Positions 39,430 to 46,470 of a stretch of 47,067 bases of DNA are shown piece after piece. Source of the DNA: a virus; the UHGV virus genome UHGV-0105892; one strand, 5' to 3'. Position 1 is the stretch's first letter. Every line of letters begins with the position of its first letter. The position numbers and the translations under genes were made by a program. The notes beneath the pieces are model-generated. The model did no database searches, was not told the DNA's origin, and saw only the letters and a program-made list of their open reading frames with translations.

Positions 39430-40499
39430 TGGAAAAGATTATTTTTACCAAAGACTTGGTGGCCAACTCCGCAGTAGTGGCTGACCAGTGGAAACATCTG
39501 ACCATCGACCGCAAGATGTTCTGCAATGCAGAGGCTGAGCTGGCGAAAACCTACGGTGTGAACGCCACCGCACTGGTAACGAAAGACTACTGGCGCGACG
39601 TGGATAACGTCACCACCCGCGTTTTCCGCAACGAAGCTGGTCAGGATATGATGGCTGACCTGATGGGCATCGCGGCAAACATCAACATTGGTAAGACTGT
39701 AGCAATCAGCCGCATTGCTTCCGATGCTGGCAAGGTTGTCCGCACTCTGTCTGGTCAGGAACCGGAAGATTTGGATAAAACTCGCTACGATTACACTGGC
39801 GATGTGATTCCAATCTTCAAAACTGGCTACAGCCGCGAATGGCGTGAACTGCTGGGTATGCAATCTGAAGGCTTCGACCCGCTGCTGGACGATCAGGCTA
39901 ACGTCACCTTCAACCTGCGTTCCGATATGGCGCAATACCTGCTGACTGGCGACCAGACTCTGAACGTGAACGGTGTTTACACTGGTTATGGCATCACCAA
40001 CCACCCGAACACCATTCAGGTAAACCTGAGTGCTTCCGGCGGCCTGAATATCGACCTGCAAACCGCAACGCCAGACGCAATCGTGACCTTCTTCAATCAG
40101 GATTTCCAGGCTATTCTGGATGCGCAGAACGTATTTGAGCAGGTGACTCTGTGGGTTTCCCCGGCAGTGCGTCGCAGCTTCATGCGTCCGTATTCTGATG
40201 CAGCTGGCTTTAAAGGTGGCACCGTTGAGCAGTACATCACTCAGTTCGGCAATGGTCGCATCGGTAAGATTGGCACCAACTTCCTGCTGACTGGTAACCA
40301 TTTCGTTGGCTACGTTCGCAACGACATGTACATCCGTCCGCGTGTTGCTCAGCCTGTCTCCACCTACGCGGCAGCCCGTACCAACCCGCACGATAACTTT
40401 AACTTCCTCGTGTGGTCAGCTATGGGCCTCCAGATTCGTAAGGATGCCGCCGGGAAAAGCCGTGTCTTTAATGGCTACGGTGATCAGGCAGCTAAATAA
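39429..40499 (+). CDS. major capsid protein
   Basis: 356 aa with strongly host-optimised codons (ctg, cgt, ggt). Followed by a strong terminator. The antisense 347-aa ORF is an artifact. Confidence 0.7.
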   Translation: MEKIIFTKDLVANSAVVADQWKHLTIDRKMFCNAEAELAKTYGVNATALVTKDYWRDVDNVTTRVFRNEAGQDMMADLMGIAANINIGKTVAISRIASDAGKVVRTLSGQEPEDLDKTRYDYTGDVIPIFKTGYSREWRELLGMQSEGFDPLLDDQANVTFNLRSDMAQYLLTGDQTLNVNGVYTGYGITNHPNTIQVNLSASGGLNIDLQTATPDAIVTFFNQDFQAILDAQNVFEQVTLWVSPAVRRSFMRPYSDAAGFKGGTVEQYITQFGNGRIGKIGTNFLLTGNHFVGYVRNDMYIRPRVAQPVSTYAAARTNPHDNFNFLVWSAMGLQIRKDAAGKSRVFNGYGDQAAK

Positions 40500-40526
40500 T
40501 AAAAAAGGGGCTTCGGCCCCTTTATG
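40499..40526 (+). terminator. rho-independent terminator after the capsid gene
   Basis: ggggc-ttcg-gcccc followed by ttta. Confidence 0.7.
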
Positions 40527-40540
40527 AATTGAGGTGAATA

Positions 40541-40738
40541 ATGGCTAAATACGAAGTCATCGCACGAGGCATCTTTGTAAAAGAAAAGGGCAAGATTCGT
40601 GAATTGCAGCTTGGCGAGGTTATCACTGAGCCAGCTGAGCATCTGATGTCAAAGCTGCGCATTATGCCAGAACTGGAAAAGTCTTTCGAAGTCGCAACCC
40701 CACAAGAAAAGACGACAAAGAAAAAGAAAGCAGAGTAA
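40541..40738 (+). CDS. hypothetical small protein (65 aa)
   Basis: ORF in the track with a GAGGTG SD. Lys-rich tail. Confidence 0.5.
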   Translation: MAKYEVIARGIFVKEKGKIRELQLGEVITEPAEHLMSKLRIMPELEKSFEVATPQEKTTKKKKAE

Positions 40739-40740
40739 AC

Positions 40741-40766
40741 TGAACCCGCATTATGCGGGTTTTTTA
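40741..40766 (+). terminator. rho-independent terminator
   Basis: aacccgca-tta-tgcgggtt followed by ttttat. Confidence 0.7.
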
Positions 40767-40795
40767 TTTGGGTTTATATGGCTGCAAAATAAAAG

Positions 40796-40820
40796 AAAAG
40801 CCCCGGAAGGGGCTTTTTTC
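40796..40820. terminator. bidirectional terminator
   Basis: aaagcccc-ggaa-ggggcttt with an A-run upstream and a T-run downstream. Ends the minus operon 41847-40843. Confidence 0.65.
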
Positions 40821-40842
40821 TATAGAGGCATTAGCATAACAG

Positions 40843-41016
40843 TTATTTTTTGTTCTTGATATAATGCTGCTTTGCAATATACAGCATCTCATCAAATGAT
40901 TTTCCGGTAACGCTTCGGCATTGTCGATAGTGTTGTAACGCAGCCTCTATGGCCGCATTGTCGATGCCTGGCAGTTTTTCGCGCAGGTTTTTCTCTATGA
41001 ATTGTTCGGGGTTCAT
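40843..41016 (-). CDS. small protein (57 aa), last gene of the minus mini-operon
   Basis: TAATG overlap with the upstream gene and a GGAGAG SD; the ORF in the track extends to 41043. Confidence 0.45.
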   Translation of the reverse strand: MNPEQFIEKNLREKLPGIDNAAIEAALQHYRQCRSVTGKSFDEMLYIAKQHYIKNKK

Positions 41017-41213
41017 TACCAACTCTCCACCACGTTTGCGCATTCATCATAAAATAAGAAATGCCTTGTTTTTTCTTCGCAACGCTTCATTTCAAATGCG
41101 ATTATGTCCTCCTGATAGTGAATTTTCTCCACCTGGCGAGCCACGCCGTCTCGCATTAGGATGTGATCGCCTTCTTTTATGTTTTTTGCAACAGTGCCAA
41201 TTGTAATCATCAC
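41016..41213 (-). CDS. small protein (65 aa)
   Basis: ATGA overlap with the upstream gene. Confidence 0.5.
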   Translation of the reverse strand: MMITIGTVAKNIKEGDHILMRDGVARQVEKIHYQEDIIAFEMKRCEEKTRHFLFYDECANVVESW

Positions 41214-41428
41214 AACTTCTCCAGAATCGCCAGAACTTCATTCAGGTCCGCAACAGGCAGCCGCAGAAACTCCTCGGTTTCCTCTGCGACGTGTCCCTTT
41301 GCCACAACCATGTGGTCTGCTTCTTTCAGCAACTCAATCAGCCGGTCGACAGGGACCTGATAACCTTTGTTGACCACGATTCCGCCGCGAGTTTCTTTGT
41401 CTGAGTAAATTTTTCCGAGAGATGTCAT
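41210..41428 (-). CDS. small protein (72 aa)
   Basis: GAGGGAAAG SD before the ATG at 41428. The start at 41464 in the track is a TTG. Confidence 0.45.
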   Translation of the reverse strand: MTSLGKIYSDKETRGGIVVNKGYQVPVDRLIELLKEADHMVVAKGHVAEETEEFLRLPVADLNEVLAILEKL

Positions 41429-41435
41429 CTTTCCC

Positions 41436-41552
41436 TCACTTTGATAAACAGATTGCACTGGCAATGGCGAATCCGATAACGATTAACGCCAGCTTGATTT
41501 TGAACTTATCCCACGCCTTCAGGTCTTCTTTTCGTATTTCGTGGCGGATCAT
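41436..41552 (-). CDS. small membrane peptide (38 aa)
   Basis: ATGA overlap with the upstream gene. Hydrophobic KLALIVIGFAIASAICL. Confidence 0.4.
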   Translation of the reverse strand: MIRHEIRKEDLKAWDKFKIKLALIVIGFAIASAICLSK

Positions 41553-41683
41553 TGGGGTTCTCCGAGTGCTTTGGAAATTGCGGCATAGGCCTTGCTCAAG
41601 GCAGTGGCATTCCTTTTTGTTGGCGTAGTGAAGACTACAAGCATCTCCAGAGCCTCCAGCAATTCCGGCGCAGCGGCCATCAT
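41549..41683 (-). CDS. small protein (44 aa)
   Basis: ATGA overlaps at both ends. Confidence 0.35.
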   Translation of the reverse strand: MMAAAPELLEALEMLVVFTTPTKRNATALSKAYAAISKALGEPQ

Positions 41684-41847
41684 TCGTTGGTTGGCAACTT
41701 GAACCTCAACTTCAGGGTCAAACTCAACCCAGCCGAAGGAATAATCACTCCATAAGACTGGTCGTCATCTGTTGATTTTGGCCCTATTGCCCTGCTGTTA
41801 TCTCCAAACCACGGCCCCGGCGTACCTTTGAATTCATTCATCTTCAT
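41680..41847 (-). CDS. small protein (55 aa), first gene of the minus mini-operon
   Basis: Strong GAGGTG SD. Confidence 0.45.
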   Translation of the reverse strand: MKMNEFKGTPGPWFGDNSRAIGPKSTDDDQSYGVIIPSAGLSLTLKLRFKLPTNE

Positions 41848-41872
41848 CACCTCTAACATTTATTGTTGTTTC

Positions 41873-41910
41873 TACGTCATCACTATAGCGACACCCTCAA
41901 TCTACGTCAA
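41873..41910 (-). promoter_or_regulatory. sigma70-like promoter for the minus mini-operon
   Basis: Minus strand reads TTGACG, then tagattgagggtgtcgc (17 bp), then TATAGT. A second motif copy lies just downstream. Confidence 0.5.
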
Positions 41911-42071
41911 CACTTTATGATAAAATTAAACCAACAACACTCAACCCGCGCTGTTCCGTCCTGAAAAACGCAAGGCGGCGAAATTGGATATAGTAATCGG
42001 CGTTATCGTCATGGCGCTTTCGCTGGTTCAGGTGTACAGATGCTGGAAGTTCATCATTCGGAGAATAATTA

Positions 42072-42359
42072 ATGAGAGACGCGCTTCAGCACGCCGCAAA
42101 CCAGATAATTAGTGGCACTGCCGGCCAGGTAATCGACAAAGCCGGTTACACATCCATCGGTACAGGTCTTGGCCTGAAGGCGGCAGAGCAGACGCCGGTC
42201 GCACAATCATACATTGCCTCAATGATCCCCCATTCGATTACCGAGTGGGCGGCGGTAGCCTCTATACTTGGCGCGCTGTCACTGGTGGCAAAAAACCTTT
42301 TTGAGATGTGGTGGAAGATTCGGGAGAGCAAAAAGAATGGCAGCACCGACAGCAAGTGA
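42072..42359 (+). CDS. hypothetical protein with a C-terminal TM segment (95 aa)
   Basis: ORF in the track; first gene after the divergent promoter. Confidence 0.45.
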   Translation: MRDALQHAANQIISGTAGQVIDKAGYTSIGTGLGLKAAEQTPVAQSYIASMIPHSITEWAAVASILGALSLVAKNLFEMWWKIRESKKNGSTDSK

Positions 42360-42729
42360 ACTTGTCGCCGCCATGGCGTCAAGAGGCGTAACTATCACCA
42401 CGGCGGACGCAACTGGCATCCTGTGTCTGGTGGCGAGCATCACAGAGTGTCTTGAGCTTAATTACCCTGAAGACACATGCAGGCAGGATGCAATCCTACT
42501 ATGGGCATCTATCCTGATCGCCTCAAATACAGCCGGAAGATACATCACCAGCCACCGGGCGCCATCTGGTGCATCGCAATCATTTGGCTATGGAAGCAAG
42601 CCGTGGATGGCCCTTTACAATCAGATGAAACTACTCGATACGGCAGACTGCACAGGCGACCTTGTGGAAGAGCCTGATGGGGCAGCAAAGCCGTGGTTTC
42701 GTGTTGTCACCGGGAGTAAGTGCAGATGA
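42337..42729 (+). CDS. putative head-tail joining / head completion protein
   Basis: Internal ATG with a GGGAGAG SD; the ORF in the track starts at 42268. Position between the capsid and neck genes. Confidence 0.3.
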   Translation: MAAPTASELVAAMASRGVTITTADATGILCLVASITECLELNYPEDTCRQDAILLWASILIASNTAGRYITSHRAPSGASQSFGYGSKPWMALYNQMKLLDTADCTGDLVEEPDGAAKPWFRVVTGSKCR

Positions 42730-42847
42730 AAACGTCAACATTAACTGTAAATATCGCAATCCGTAAATGGTGCATGCCGCTGCTGGTTATTCTGGTATTG
42801 CTGCGCCTTCCTGTTCCGCGCTGGATTTATACCCTTAAGGCCGCACC

Positions 42848-43192
42848 ATGTCAGCAATAGCGAGATGGAGCTATACGCAGCCATGCACAATCTGGCGGCT
42901 TACTGGCAAGGATAAGTATGGCAAGCCAACATTCGCCGCGCCAGAGTCCATCATGTGTGATTATGGCTTCGATAAGAATCTGACCACCGGCACAGCTGGC
43001 AATGAGATTGCACAGAAAAACACATTCTGGACGGAATACCAGGATGCGTCTGTTGGCGACTTCATCATGCCTGGCACCATTACCAGTGCTGACCCTTTGG
43101 CTGCCGGAGCTGACCAGATTAGAAACGTCGTGAATTACGGCAATACACTAAATCGCAACGACCTTCCTGATTTTGCGCTGGTAACGGGGTAA
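42848..43192 (+). CDS. putative neck / head-tail adaptor protein
   Basis: 114 aa, assigned by synteny. Confidence 0.3.
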   Translation: MSAIARWSYTQPCTIWRLTGKDKYGKPTFAAPESIMCDYGFDKNLTTGTAGNEIAQKNTFWTEYQDASVGDFIMPGTITSADPLAAGADQIRNVVNYGNTLNRNDLPDFALVTG

Positions 43193-43195
43193 TGT

Positions 43196-43612
43196 ATGGC
43201 CGCCAAAATGCGAGGCATCCAGCAGGCGATTAAGCGCACCCAGCAGATAGTCGGTGAGATTACTGGCGAGAAGGCGGTGCGGGCCATAAAGAGCGCCAAT
43301 TTTATTATCCGCACCGAATCGGCCAGTATGACACCAATAGCCACATCAACGCTGATAAACAGCCAGTATGATACCGTTGAGGTTAATGGCACTCGCATAA
43401 CTGGCAAGATTGGCTATTCCGCCAATTACGCCCTGTATGTCCACAATGCACCAGGTAAATTGCTTGGCACGAATACGCCGCGCACAGGGCGGCTCAAAGG
43501 AAAGGGAAATGTATGGGATAGGAGCGGCGAACCTAAATTCCTTCTCAAGGCTGGCGAAAACACACGCGAACTTGTCGATCAGGTAATTAAAAAAGAGATG
43601 AAGCTAAAATGA
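43196..43612 (+). CDS. HK97 gp10-like neck protein
   Basis: 138 aa with ..IGYSANYALYVHNAP.. similar to the HK97 gp10 family. Confidence 0.4.
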   Translation: MAAKMRGIQQAIKRTQQIVGEITGEKAVRAIKSANFIIRTESASMTPIATSTLINSQYDTVEVNGTRITGKIGYSANYALYVHNAPGKLLGTNTPRTGRLKGKGNVWDRSGEPKFLLKAGENTRELVDQVIKKEMKLK

Positions 43613-43992
43613 GAGATATGCTTGAGCTTGTTGACCAATACCTTAGCGATGCCGGTCTTTATGACGGGTGGACTTCTCAGCTTGAGTTCTGGAACGACAC
43701 CGAAGTTGGCACAGACCGGTTTATGGTGCTGCAATCCAATGGCGGCACGAACGTAAGCAAAAGCCTGGCAAATGATTATTATTTTTCGCTCTATGTTATC
43801 GGACAGCAGGGTCAGTACAACATTGAGGAAACAAAAGCAAAAGCGCTTGATGTCATCTCATACATCAAAGAGCATCCCGTTGATAGCTGTATTGGCATGA
43901 TTCAGTTGCAGGCTCCGCTTGGTCGCCCTACGCTTACGACAGAGCAACGGCCTGTTTATGAGTTATTGCTGAGGGTTGTTTTTGGTGAGTGA
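43609..43992 (+). CDS. tail completion / terminator protein
   Basis: 127 aa, ATGA coupled to the previous gene; the last gene before the major tail protein. Confidence 0.35.
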   Translation: MRDMLELVDQYLSDAGLYDGWTSQLEFWNDTEVGTDRFMVLQSNGGTNVSKSLANDYYFSLYVIGQQGQYNIEETKAKALDVISYIKEHPVDSCIGMIQLQAPLGRPTLTTEQRPVYELLLRVVFGE

Positions 43993-44070
43993 TGGTTCCC
44001 GCGACAGGATTCGAACCTGTAATCATCCGATTATGAGTCGGGTGCTTTAACCAGTTAAGCTAAACGGGAA
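43993..44070 (-). tRNA. tRNA-Met (anticodon CAT; could instead be a lysidine-modified tRNA-Ile)
   Basis: Minus-strand sequence TTCCCGTTTAGCTTAACTGGTTAAAGCACCCGACTCATAATCGGATGATTACAGGTTCGAATCCTGTCGCGGGAACCA. 7-bp acceptor stem, GGTTCGAATCC T-loop, CCA end encoded. Confidence 0.75.
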
Positions 44071-44072
44071 TT

Positions 44073-44149
44073 TGGTGCACCATACTGGATTCGAACCAGT
44101 TACCGATTGCTTAGAAGGCAATTGCTCTATCCTGATGAGCTAATGGCGC
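44073..44149 (-). tRNA. tRNA-Arg (anticodon TCT)
   Basis: Minus-strand sequence GCGCCATTAGCTCATCAGGATAGAGCAATTGCCTTCTAAGCAATCGGTAACTGGTTCGAATCCAGTATGGTGCACCA. Anticodon loop cTTCTAa; CCA end encoded. Confidence 0.75.
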
Positions 44150-44166
44150 GTTGTTTTGTTTGTTCC

Positions 44167-44195
44167 AATCTACACCACCAATCAAAACCTGTCAA
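44167..44195 (-). promoter_or_regulatory. sigma70 promoter for the tRNA pair
   Basis: Minus strand reads TTGACA, 17 bp, then TAGATT (the motif copy). The predicted start is about 10 nt before the tRNA-Arg 5' end. Confidence 0.5.
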
Positions 44196-44240
44196 CATGA
44201 TATAATGCGATTGTTTAGCTAAACAGAGAGGATTCTAAAC

Positions 44241-44993
44241 ATGGCTATTTGCGCAAATGATAACGGCATCATCACAGGTCGCCAGTCGCTCATCGAGCTG
44301 GCTGATGGCTGCTGGGATGCTGTACCAGCAGAGGAAGATTGGAAGTTTTTTGCTCCAATGACCTCAAAAGGCGTCGACTTCAGCCCAAGCACCACTACCT
44401 CAGAGGCTGATGATGGCGATGGCTTTGTTGCGACGCTGGTCACTACCGCAGACCTCACCATTTCCGGTGATTTCGAAGTTCGCAAGGCTGATAAGGCTGA
44501 TGAGTATGGCGTGCATAATCTCATCAAATACTTTGTCACAGAAGTTAAAGCGCGTCGCCAGCCGTCGCTGTGGGTTCGTCAAACGACTGGTAACACCGTC
44601 GTGGTAGCTTACTGCAACATCACCGCGCTGAGCTACGATGGCGGCACCAACGACATCATCACCGGCTCGGTTGAATTCAAGCCATATGATGGCTCTACTG
44701 TTGACGTGTCCAGCATCGAAGATTTGACGCTGACTGCTGATATCAGTGAAACCCAAAGCGTTGCTCCTGGCGCCACTCTGACGCTCGGTCCGGTAGTTGC
44801 GGCTGGCGGTGTCAAGCCTTATACCTACCAATGGTATAAAGGCACTTCGCCGATCAGCAGTGCTACTACCGACACGTTCACCAAGGACGATGCTGCCGCA
44901 GGCGATGCTGGTACGTACTTCTGCCGCGTGATGGACTCGGCAACCAGCCCTGATTACGTTGACTCAACCAAGTGTGTTGTTACCGTTGAGTGA
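44241..44993 (+). CDS. major tail protein with a C-terminal Ig-like domain
   Basis: 250 aa with host-optimised codons. C-terminal 85 aa (YTYQWYKG...AGTYFCRV) form an Ig-like fold signature. Followed by a terminator. Confidence 0.6.
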   Translation: MAICANDNGIITGRQSLIELADGCWDAVPAEEDWKFFAPMTSKGVDFSPSTTTSEADDGDGFVATLVTTADLTISGDFEVRKADKADEYGVHNLIKYFVTEVKARRQPSLWVRQTTGNTVVVAYCNITALSYDGGTNDIITGSVEFKPYDGSTVDVSSIEDLTLTADISETQSVAPGATLTLGPVVAAGGVKPYTYQWYKGTSPISSATTDTFTKDDAAAGDAGTYFCRVMDSATSPDYVDSTKCVVTVE

Positions 44994-44997
44994 TAAA

Positions 44998-45026
44998 GAA
45001 AACCCCCGGAAGGGGGTTTATTTTTC
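44998..45026 (+). terminator. rho-independent terminator after the major tail gene
   Basis: aaccccc-ggaa-gggggtt followed by tattttt. Confidence 0.7.
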
Positions 45027-45076
45027 CAGCAATGGAGATGCGCGGATTATTTAAAATGGTACCGGCATCAGTATCA

Positions 45077-45382
45077 TCAATGGTCATCACCATCCTCGCT
45101 TATTGCGGCATCCAGCTGGCGGCGCAGCATACACAGCGCGCCATGCGGCATAAACTGATTAGCCATGCCATCGAATATCTGGCGGTTTAATTTATTATCA
45201 ATGCGCGGCCTGATTGCTGACCAGCACGCGCGGATTGATTTGTTAACCTGACGACCTTCAATCATAGCCAGTTTTGCAGCCAACTCTACAGTCACAAGGG
45301 CATCTAAATATTGCTCGCATGCGTATCGGCTCTCGTCGCCAACTGACGCGCCATCATCTGAACCTGCAGATTCAACACTCAT
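45077..45382 (-). CDS. acidic hypothetical protein (about 101 aa)
   Basis: TGATG overlap with the upstream small gene; the ORF in the track extends to 45415. Confidence 0.45.
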   Translation of the reverse strand: MSVESAGSDDGASVGDESRYACEQYLDALVTVELAAKLAMIEGRQVNKSIRACWSAIRPRIDNKLNRQIFDGMANQFMPHGALCMLRRQLDAAISEDGDDH

Positions 45383-45534
45383 CACGCCTTCCTCGTCTTG
45401 TTCTTGATGCCCCACAAAATCAGATTGGCGATAAACTCAGCACGTCGCAGGTGAATTGCTATCGCGTAGTTTATGTCGATGCGCTGGCCTGCATATGCAG
45501 ATATGACATCTTCGTCGTCTTTGTTTACTGGCAT
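45382..45534 (-). CDS. small protein (50 aa)
   Basis: Excellent GGAGGA SD. Not in the track (below its size cutoff). Confidence 0.5.
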   Translation of the reverse strand: MPVNKDDEDVISAYAGQRIDINYAIAIHLRRAEFIANLILWGIKNKTRKA

Positions 45535-45536
45535 TT

Positions 45537-45665
45537 TTAATCCTCCACCACTACGCCAATCTTAGCCAGCAACAAAATCGCCTTTACGCGGGCCTCATCA
45601 TAGGTGAACCCGCAATCAACGTACAGGTCGATGTAAAATCTCAAATCAGCATCAGTCTCGTTCAT
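45537..45665 (-). CDS. small protein (42 aa)
   Basis: GAGGG SD. First ORF after the divergent promoter. Confidence 0.35.
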   Translation of the reverse strand: MNETDADLRFYIDLYVDCGFTYDEARVKAILLLAKIGVVVED

Positions 45666-45695
45666 ATGTCAAACCCTCAATCACCTTATGCTTTC

Positions 45696-45725
45696 AATCT
45701 ACGTCAGTCTTGCGTCTCCTGTCAA
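45696..45725 (-). promoter_or_regulatory. sigma70-like promoter for the minus trio
   Basis: Minus strand reads TTGACA, 18 bp, then TAGATT (the motif copy). Confidence 0.4.
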
Positions 45726-45762
45726 TGGTATAATTACGTCATTATGAAAACAGGATTTAGAC

Positions 45763-46470
45763 ATGAAACAACGCACACCGCTAACAGAAATCGGAGAGAT
45801 GCGCATCTCCCTGGCTGGCAAGTCTTTTTTCTTCAAACCATCATTTGCGGCGATGAATGAGCTTGGCTCACCGAAAGAGATTGTCGAGCTGTACGCTACG
45901 CTTAATGGGTATGAATACGCGGCCATACTCGGCGCCATTCAGTCAATGCCGTATGGCGCGCAGATTCAGGTGGCAAAAATCCTGTCACGTCCTGCCTATG
46001 GCAAGAAAGTGCTCAGCGCAGCCTGCCTCATCATGCAGTCCTGTTGTGATGATGATATCTCGGTGCTCATTGGGTCATGGAAGCCGACTCCGCGCGGTGT
46101 GAAGTACGTCACCGGAAGAATGCCAGTAAATGACATTATTATTATTGCTCGAAACCTGATGGAGCATGGCATCATCGGCAAGTCTCCGCTCAAGGTTCCT
46201 CAGCGCTCGGAAAACCAAAAGCGCACAACCAGTGAGTTGAGAATGTCGGATTACATCATCTCTGCTCGCACTCATTTCGGAATCACCCGCGAGGAAGCCG
46301 AAGGCCTGACCATGACCGAGTATCAGCAGATGATAAAATCAAAATACCCGGAACCGGAAGGCATGACGCGCGAGCAGTATGATGCGTCTTATGAGCGGGC
46401 TAAGCTGAATAAACAGAAAATGAAAGAGAAAGCCGCCAGAAAGGCCGCTAAAAGCAAAGGAGCAAAATAA
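45763..46470 (+). CDS. tail assembly chaperone (gpG-like position)
   Basis: 235 aa directly upstream of and overlapping (TAATG) the TMP start. Lys-rich C-terminus. Confidence 0.45.
   Translation: MKQRTPLTEIGEMRISLAGKSFFFKPSFAAMNELGSPKEIVELYATLNGYEYAAILGAIQSMPYGAQIQVAKILSRPAYGKKVLSAACLIMQSCCDDDISVLIGSWKPTPRGVKYVTGRMPVNDIIIIARNLMEHGIIGKSPLKVPQRSENQKRTTSELRMSDYIISARTHFGITREEAEGLTMTEYQQMIKSKYPEPEGMTREQYDASYERAKLNKQKMKEKAARKAAKSKGAK

Noticed and set aside
39348-40391. 347-aa ORF on the minus strand
   Set aside because: It is exactly antisense to the highly expressed major capsid gene. Its compositionally odd translation and lack of SD mark it as an artifact of the codon-biased sense strand.
41552-41755. 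Plus-strand ORFs of 67-68 aa (41422-41628, 41552-41755)
   Set aside because: They are antisense to the coupled minus-strand mini-operon, which has SDs and a promoter, and they have no start context.
45763-46470. Possible programmed -1 frameshift (G/GT-like) in the tail chaperone
   Set aside because: I could not find a convincing slippery heptamer (XXXYYYZ) near the 3' end. The gene simply overlaps the TMP start by TAATG.
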